From the NCBI RefSeq assembly GCF_000270205.1, contig NC_015913.1, positions 570,001-602,000 on the forward strand: a stretch of 32,000 nt of DNA, written 5' to 3'. The stretch comes from Candidatus Arthromitus sp. SFB-mouse-Japan (lineage in GTDB: Bacteria; Bacillota; Clostridia; Clostridiales; Clostridiaceae). Shown piece after piece: positions 28,297 to 32,000 of this stretch. The notes below the pieces were generated by a model. That model searched no databases, was not told the origin of the DNA, and saw nothing but the letters and a program-made list of their open reading frames with translations. Position 1 is the first letter of the stretch. Each line of letters opens with the position of its first letter. Made by a program: the position numbers and the translations under genes.

Positions 28297-29175
28297 ATGA
28301 GTAATGATTCAATTGTTTATGTAAATGGTAAATATGTACATAAGAATGAAGCTTTGGTTTCAGTATTTGATAGAGGTTTGTTGTATGGTGATGGATTTTT
28401 TGAAGGAATAAGGATATATAATGGGAAGATATTTATGTGTAATGAACATATAGATAGATTTTTTGATTCGGCTAAGTTTACTAATATAATTTTAAATTAT
28501 TCCAAAGAAGAAATAGTTAATATTATTTATAAACTTATAGAAGTGAATAATATCAAAGATGGGTATATAAGACTTGTAGCTACAAGAGGGTCTTACAATT
28601 TAGGACTTACACCTCCTAAAGATAATATAATTAATCCTACGTTAATTTGTATAGTGTCAGATATAACTCTTTATGATAAGAAGTTTTATGATAATGGAAT
28701 GAGTGCTGTTTTTTCATCTTTTACTAGAGTTAGCCCATCTATGTTGGATCCTCAATGTAAATCTTTGAATTACCTGTTAAATATTTTGGCTAAGATGGAG
28801 GCTGGGAATAGGGGTGCTCAAGAGGCGATTTTCTTAAATTCTAATGGAATTGTTACAGAATGTACAGGAGATAATATTTTTATAATAAAAGATAGTGTCA
28901 TTTATACACCACCTAGTTATATAGGAATATTAAATGGTATTACTAGAATTTTAGTTATTAAAATTTTGAAAGATTTAGGATATGATGTTAGAGAACAAGA
29001 GTTCACAAGATATAATGTTTATACAGCAGATGAATGTTTTTTAACAGGAACCGCTGCAGAGGTAATAGGTGTTGTTAATATTGATGGAAGGTATGTAAAT
29101 GACGGAAATGTTGGAACTCATACTAGGATTATAATGAATGAATATAAGAAATATATAGATAGTGTTTGTAATTAG
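28297..29175 (+). CDS. ilvE: Branched-chain amino acid aminotransferase (class IV PLP enzyme)
   Basis: VSVFDRGLLYGDGFFEGIRIYNGKIF...EHIDRFFDSAK, and the catalytic-Lys context CKSLNYL. ATG 28297 is preferred over ORF-track GTG 28291 because of its spacing from GGGAG (28282-28286). A D-amino-acid aminotransferase cannot be fully excluded. Confidence 0.8.
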   Translation: MSNDSIVYVNGKYVHKNEALVSVFDRGLLYGDGFFEGIRIYNGKIFMCNEHIDRFFDSAKFTNIILNYSKEEIVNIIYKLIEVNNIKDGYIRLVATRGSYNLGLTPPKDNIINPTLICIVSDITLYDKKFYDNGMSAVFSSFTRVSPSMLDPQCKSLNYLLNILAKMEAGNRGAQEAIFLNSNGIVTECTGDNIFIIKDSVIYTPPSYIGILNGITRILVIKILKDLGYDVREQEFTRYNVYTADECFLTGTAAEVIGVVNIDGRYVNDGNVGTHTRIIMNEYKKYIDSVCN

Positions 29176-29220
29176 AAGAAGCTCAGGGCGATTAATTCAC
29201 TCTGAGCTTCTTATTTATTT
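29176..29220. terminator. Hairpin shared by ilvE and the convergent small secreted protein gene
   Basis: An 11-bp stem AAGAAGCTCAG / CTGAGCTTCTT with a 15-nt loop, followed by ATTTATTTT. Confidence 0.65.
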
Positions 29221-29508
29221 TATCCCATTATTATTTAACCTTGATCCATTAGGTAAGAAAATTGTAGGTAAAGCACTTCTATGACTAGTTAAAATAGTAG
29301 TTATACCACCACTACTATTAGCACGCAATTTTAAAAGTAAACTAGCTGGTGTAGGTTTACTTGGATCAACTCTTTCTATGGGATTAATGGAACGATTTGA
29401 AGTAAAAATAATATTAGGAATTCTAGGTGAAGCGTTTGCTATTATTGGTAATCCTCCAAACAAGGATAAAGAAGCAGCTACTATAATCTTTTTATGTAAT
29501 TTTTTCAT
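29215..29508 (-). CDS. Small secreted protein (97 aa), unknown function
   Basis: GGAGG lies 7 nt upstream of the ATG. It has a classical signal peptide (MKKLHKKIIVAASLSLFGGLPIIANA-SP). The mature part is Pro/Ser/Asn/Leu-rich with no Cys and no recognised motif. Confidence 0.65.
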   Translation of the reverse strand: MKKLHKKIIVAASLSLFGGLPIIANASPRIPNIIFTSNRSINPIERVDPSKPTPASLLLKLRANSSGGITTILTSHRSALPTIFLPNGSRLNNNGIK

Positions 29509-29603
29509 AATTATGCCTCCAAAAATTTAGTCAATTATAGAGTGTATATTAACATATAATTTTCAAAAAATCAATAATTTATTAATAATTTTTTCGGAAA
29601 AAA

Positions 29604-29633
29604 TTTACTAAAAAGCAATAAAAGTGATATAAT
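29604..29633 (+). promoter_or_regulatory. Putative sigma-A promoter with extended -10 upstream of the ECF sigma operon
   Basis: TTTACT (29604-29609), an 18-nt spacer, then TGaTATAAT (29625-29633). It lies about 35 nt upstream of the sigma gene ATG. Confidence 0.4.
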
Positions 29634-29667
29634 TTAATCGTAATTTAACTCTGGAGGAATTTTTTTA

Positions 29668-30189
29668 ATGAATAGTAAAGATTCTGAAATAGTTTTAGAA
29701 TATACTAATAGAAGATATATTGAAGATTATATAATAAACAATCAAAAGTATTTATACAGGATTGCATTTAGTTATGTAAAAAATAAGGATGATGCTTTTG
29801 AAGTAGTTCAAAATACTATTTATAAATCTTTGTCATCTAGTAGATTGATTAAAGATTTAAATTCGGTTAAACCCTGGGTTACTAGAATACTTATAAATAC
29901 TAGTTTTAATTTTTTGAAGAAGAGATACAGAGATATTACCAATGATGAAGTATTTGATTCAGTTGAAGACTGTAATGTTAGTGTATTGGATAAAATTATT
30001 TTAAAAAATGCTTTGGAAAACCTCCCAATTAAATTGAAAACTATAGTCATTTTAAGGTTTTTTGAAGATTTTAAGATTAAGGATATTTCAAATATTTTGG
30101 ATATGAATGAGAATACAGTTAAAACTAATTTATATAAAGCATTGAAAATACTTAAAATTAATTTAGAGGAGGAGGGTATTAATGTATAG
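29668..30189 (+). CDS. ECF-type (group 4) sigma-70 family RNA polymerase sigma factor
   Basis: A 173-aa protein with region 2 (DDAFEVVQNTIYKSL...KPWVTRILINTSFNFLKK) and region 4 (LPIKLKTIVILRFFEDFKIKDISNILDMNENTVKTNLYKALKILK) only. GGAGG lies upstream. Confidence 0.85.
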   Translation: MNSKDSEIVLEYTNRRYIEDYIINNQKYLYRIAFSYVKNKDDAFEVVQNTIYKSLSSSRLIKDLNSVKPWVTRILINTSFNFLKKRYRDITNDEVFDSVEDCNVSVLDKIILKNALENLPIKLKTIVILRFFEDFKIKDISNILDMNENTVKTNLYKALKILKINLEEEGINV

Positions 30190-30787
30190 TGATAAGGATT
30201 TAGATTCTTTAAAAGAAGATTATTTAAGTCAAGACTATCCTGATGATTTAAATGAATATGTTATGGGGTGTATTTCTAAACAAGCTATTAAAACATCAAA
30301 TAAGTCCAAGAGTATAACTACTTTTTATGTTGGAGTAGCCTTTGCTGTATGCTTATTGCTTGCAATTTTACCAAAAACTCTAAAAAAATATGATACTGAT
30401 AATAATCAAATTGTTGATGGGTCAATTGATTCTCATTTATCTAGAATTACCGTTTATGGTGATAATCCTGAAAATAAAAATTCTATAGTAGAGAACGAGT
30501 CAATAATTTCAATATATACTATTAATGAAGAAATTACTTTAAAAGATAAGATTTACAATATAGATAAGAATAAGGGTGTTTTGATCGAGTTAAGAGATAT
30601 ATTAATTGAAGGGATTGAAAATATAGAGATAGATAATAAGCTGAAAGAAATTTTAATTAATCCTGACACTAAGTTCTTTTTAGGTGAGAGTGGAGATTAT
30701 ATTATTTTATCTGAAGATGGCAAAATTGTAATTGATGATATTTTAAGTCACAAAATATTTAAATCTGAGTATGTGTTTAAAAGCTAG
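30182..30787 (+). CDS. Putative anti-sigma factor (single-pass membrane protein)
   Basis: Its start overlaps the sigma gene stop by 8 nt and follows GGAGGAGGG. It has a short cytoplasmic N-terminus, one TM helix (ITTFYVGVAFAVCLLLAILP) and an extracytoplasmic domain of about 130 aa with no recognised motif and no HxxxCxxC. Confidence 0.6.
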   Translation: MYSDKDLDSLKEDYLSQDYPDDLNEYVMGCISKQAIKTSNKSKSITTFYVGVAFAVCLLLAILPKTLKKYDTDNNQIVDGSIDSHLSRITVYGDNPENKNSIVENESIISIYTINEEITLKDKIYNIDKNKGVLIELRDILIEGIENIEIDNKLKEILINPDTKFFLGESGDYIILSEDGKIVIDDILSHKIFKSEYVFKS

Positions 30788-30816
30788 TAATTTTTATTAT
30801 TAGCTTTATATTTTTT
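30781..30816 (+). terminator. Rho-independent terminator after the anti-sigma gene
   Basis: Stem AAGCTAGTAAT / ATTATTAGCTT with one G-U pair and a TTTT loop, then TATATTTTTT. The stop codon lies in the 5' arm. Confidence 0.7.
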
Positions 30817-30918
30817 CAAAGTTCGGATAACTCCATTGCAAGAAATAAGTTTGAGCATTAAAAATTGATTTGAGTGCAAGTATGAGGAAATGGAGTTAAC
30901 CAAACTTAAAAAAAATAT
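30808..30918. repeat. Imperfect inverted repeat (about 30-bp arms, 51-bp spacer)
   Basis: The core arms at 30819-30837 (AAGTTCGGATAACTCCATT) and 30889-30907 (AATGGAGTTAACCAAACTT) pair at 17 of 19 positions. The arms extend outward into ATATTTTTT and AAAAAAAATAT. Confidence 0.45.
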
Positions 30919-31040
30919 ATTTTTAGGTAATTTTAGTATTAATATTTAGTTGTTATATATTCTTTATAGGTATGTAAGTTTATATTTTTAGTATTTAAAA
31001 ATACATAATATTTTAATGATTTTTCATTAAATGACATTAT

Positions 31041-31129
31041 TTTTTAATATTTATATAGTTAAGGATACTAGTTTTTAATATTTATTTAATTAAAAGTTCC
31101 TATTTTTAATTTATTAATGATCGTATAAT
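31041..31129 (+). promoter_or_regulatory. Three phased direct repeats abutting a candidate -10 box upstream of the repeat-protein gene
   Basis: TTTTTAATATTTAT occurs at 31041 and again, identical, at 31072. TTTTTAATTTATT occurs at 31103. Spacing is exactly 31 bp each time. TATAAT lies at 31124-31129, and no good -35 is present. Confidence 0.3.
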
Positions 31130-31197
31130 TAAATCATCAAGTAGGACAAATAAATATTTGATATTGATAGAATAGAATTATTTAGGAGATGTTTAAT

Positions 31198-32000
31198 ATG
31201 TTAAAAGATAAGATTAAGAAAATTGTATCAGTAGTAGCTTTAGGAGCATTAATAACATTTGGAGCAGGGGCTGTAAGCTCTATGGCAACTACTAATAGTG
31301 AAGCACAAATAGTTCAATCATATGGTATGGATTATAGTCACTCTAATTTAGTGAAAGAGATGTTAGATGCAGGGTATATAGATCAAGCGAAGGCGGATAA
31401 TTTTAATAATAATATAAATTCTGAAAGCACACAAATGGAAATAGATAAGACATATGATTTATTTTTAGTTGATTTGAATGTAAAAGAAGGATACTATAGT
31501 GCGGAGTTAGGAGAATTAGGGAAGCTAGTAATAGAGGCAGAGTATTCAGTGGATGGATTATCAGAAGAATTATACAATAGATATATGGATCAATTAGAGA
31601 AAGAAGGATTTTTATCATATAGTTATCCTGATTTAGTGAAAGAGATGTTAGATGCAGGGTATATAGATCAAGCGAAGGCGGATAATTTTAATAATAATAT
31701 AAATTCTGAAAGCACACAAATGGAAATAGATAAGACATATGATTTATTTTTAGTTAATTTGAATGTAAAAGAAGGATATTGTAGTGCGGAGCTAGGAGAA
31801 TTAGAGAAACAATTGATAGAAGCAGATTATGCAGATAATGATGCATTATACAATGAGATATATGTTAGATATATGACTCAATATTATTTAGATAGTGTAA
31901 AAGAGTTGCTAAGTGCAGGTTATATAGATCAAGCGAAGGCGGATAATTTTAATAATAATATAAATTCTGAAAGCACACGAATGGAGATAGATAAGACATA
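31198..32000 (+). CDS. Secreted tandem-repeat protein, 3' end beyond the window; unknown family
   Basis: It is absent from the ORF track because no stop codon is reached. I translated it by hand, and it is open for 267 codons from ATG 31198, with GGAG 9 nt upstream. It has a signal peptide (MLKDKIKKIVSVVALGALITFGAGAVSSMA), then repeats beginning (N/D)LVKEMLDAGYIDQAKADNFNNNINSESTQMEIDKTYDLFLV. Confidence 0.8.
   Translation, partial: MLKDKIKKIVSVVALGALITFGAGAVSSMATTNSEAQIVQSYGMDYSHSNLVKEMLDAGYIDQAKADNFNNNINSESTQMEIDKTYDLFLVDLNVKEGYYSAELGELGKLVIEAEYSVDGLSEELYNRYMDQLEKEGFLSYSYPDLVKEMLDAGYIDQAKADNFNNNINSESTQMEIDKTYDLFLVNLNVKEGYCSAELGELEKQLIEADYADNDALYNEIYVRYMTQYYLDSVKELLSAGYIDQAKADNFNNNINSESTRMEIDKT
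31346..32000 (+). repeat. In-frame tandem coding repeats (units of 285 nt and 261 nt; a third unit is cut by the window edge)
   Basis: Positions 31346-31520 and 31631-31805 are nearly identical, with only a handful of substitutions. A third copy of the core (ATATAGATCAAGCGAAGGCGGATAATTTTAATAATAATATAAATTCTGAAAGCACAC) starts at 31922. Confidence 0.9.

Noticed and set aside
29820-30050. A 76-aa ORF antisense to the ECF sigma factor gene.
   Set aside because: It is a shadow frame of a gene with clear sigma region 2 and region 4 motifs, and it has no RBS.
29668-30189. Whether the 173-aa sigma factor is a sporulation sigma (E/F/G/K), a SigI-type factor linked to the dockerin protein, or a TcdR-like toxin sigma.
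   Set aside because: It is too short, lacks region 3 and any pro-sequence, and is coupled to a single-pass membrane protein. That organisation is the classic ECF one. SigI-type factors are ~240-250 aa and pair with RsgI-type partners, whose conserved N-terminal domain I do not see here.
31403-31618. A 71-aa minus-strand ORF in the terminal repeat region.
   Set aside because: It lies antisense to the long open plus-strand frame, which has an RBS, a signal peptide and in-frame repeats. Its translation is low-complexity Leu/Ile-rich.
31346-32000. The possibility that the repeated sequence at the window end is a CRISPR array or a noncoding satellite.
   Set aside because: The repeat units are 261-285 nt, far longer than CRISPR repeats, with no short repeat/spacer alternation. 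All copies are in frame within one ORF, and the substitutions preserve the reading frame.
1-32000. A prophage, transposon, integrative element or toxin-antitoxin/defence island anywhere in the window.
   Set aside because: I found no integrase, transposase, recombinase, phage structural or restriction-modification-like ORFs, and no flanking tRNA or direct-repeat att sites. The overlapping gene pairs (yqfC/yqfD, pgpH/ybeY, recO/DUF4342, trmK/nif3, sigma/anti-sigma) are explained by ordinary operon coupling.

Overview
Strongly AT-rich chromosomal segment from a spore-forming Firmicute, probably Clostridia-like. This placement rests on yqfC/yqfD, a CotS-like kinase, the gene order and a class-A RNase P RNA. 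Positions 1-21.7 kb form a mostly co-directional housekeeping block colinear with the Bacillus subtilis yqf region: U32 enzyme, mutS2, yqfC, yqfD, pgpH, ybeY, dgkA-PAP2 fusion, cdd, era, recO, then dnaG, sigA, trmK and a Nif3-family gene. phoH is absent between yqfD and pgpH. The recO-dnaG interval holds a DUF4342-type protein, ppdK and a convergent CotS-like kinase. Positions 21.7-32 kb are more mosaic. They contain an alpha/beta hydrolase, a small DUF4214-like protein, rnpB with its own promoter, and a secreted dockerin-SH3b-lysozyme-like protein. These are followed by an NfeD-like protein, pncB, an orphan UvrD-family helicase and ilvE. The window ends with an accessory-looking cluster: a small secreted protein, an ECF sigma/anti-sigma pair, a 410-bp noncoding gap holding an inverted-repeat element and three 31-bp-phased direct repeats, and an open-ended gene missing from the ORF track. 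That gene encodes a signal-peptide protein built from near-identical ~90-aa tandem repeats. I see no tRNA, rRNA, CRISPR array, transposase, integrase, prophage genes or recognisable defence system. I cannot demonstrate a complete novel multi-gene system. The best unexplained candidates are the sigma/anti-sigma plus repeat-protein cluster at the 3' end and the dockerin-bearing putative wall hydrolase. All family assignments come from motif recognition by eye, not from searches.
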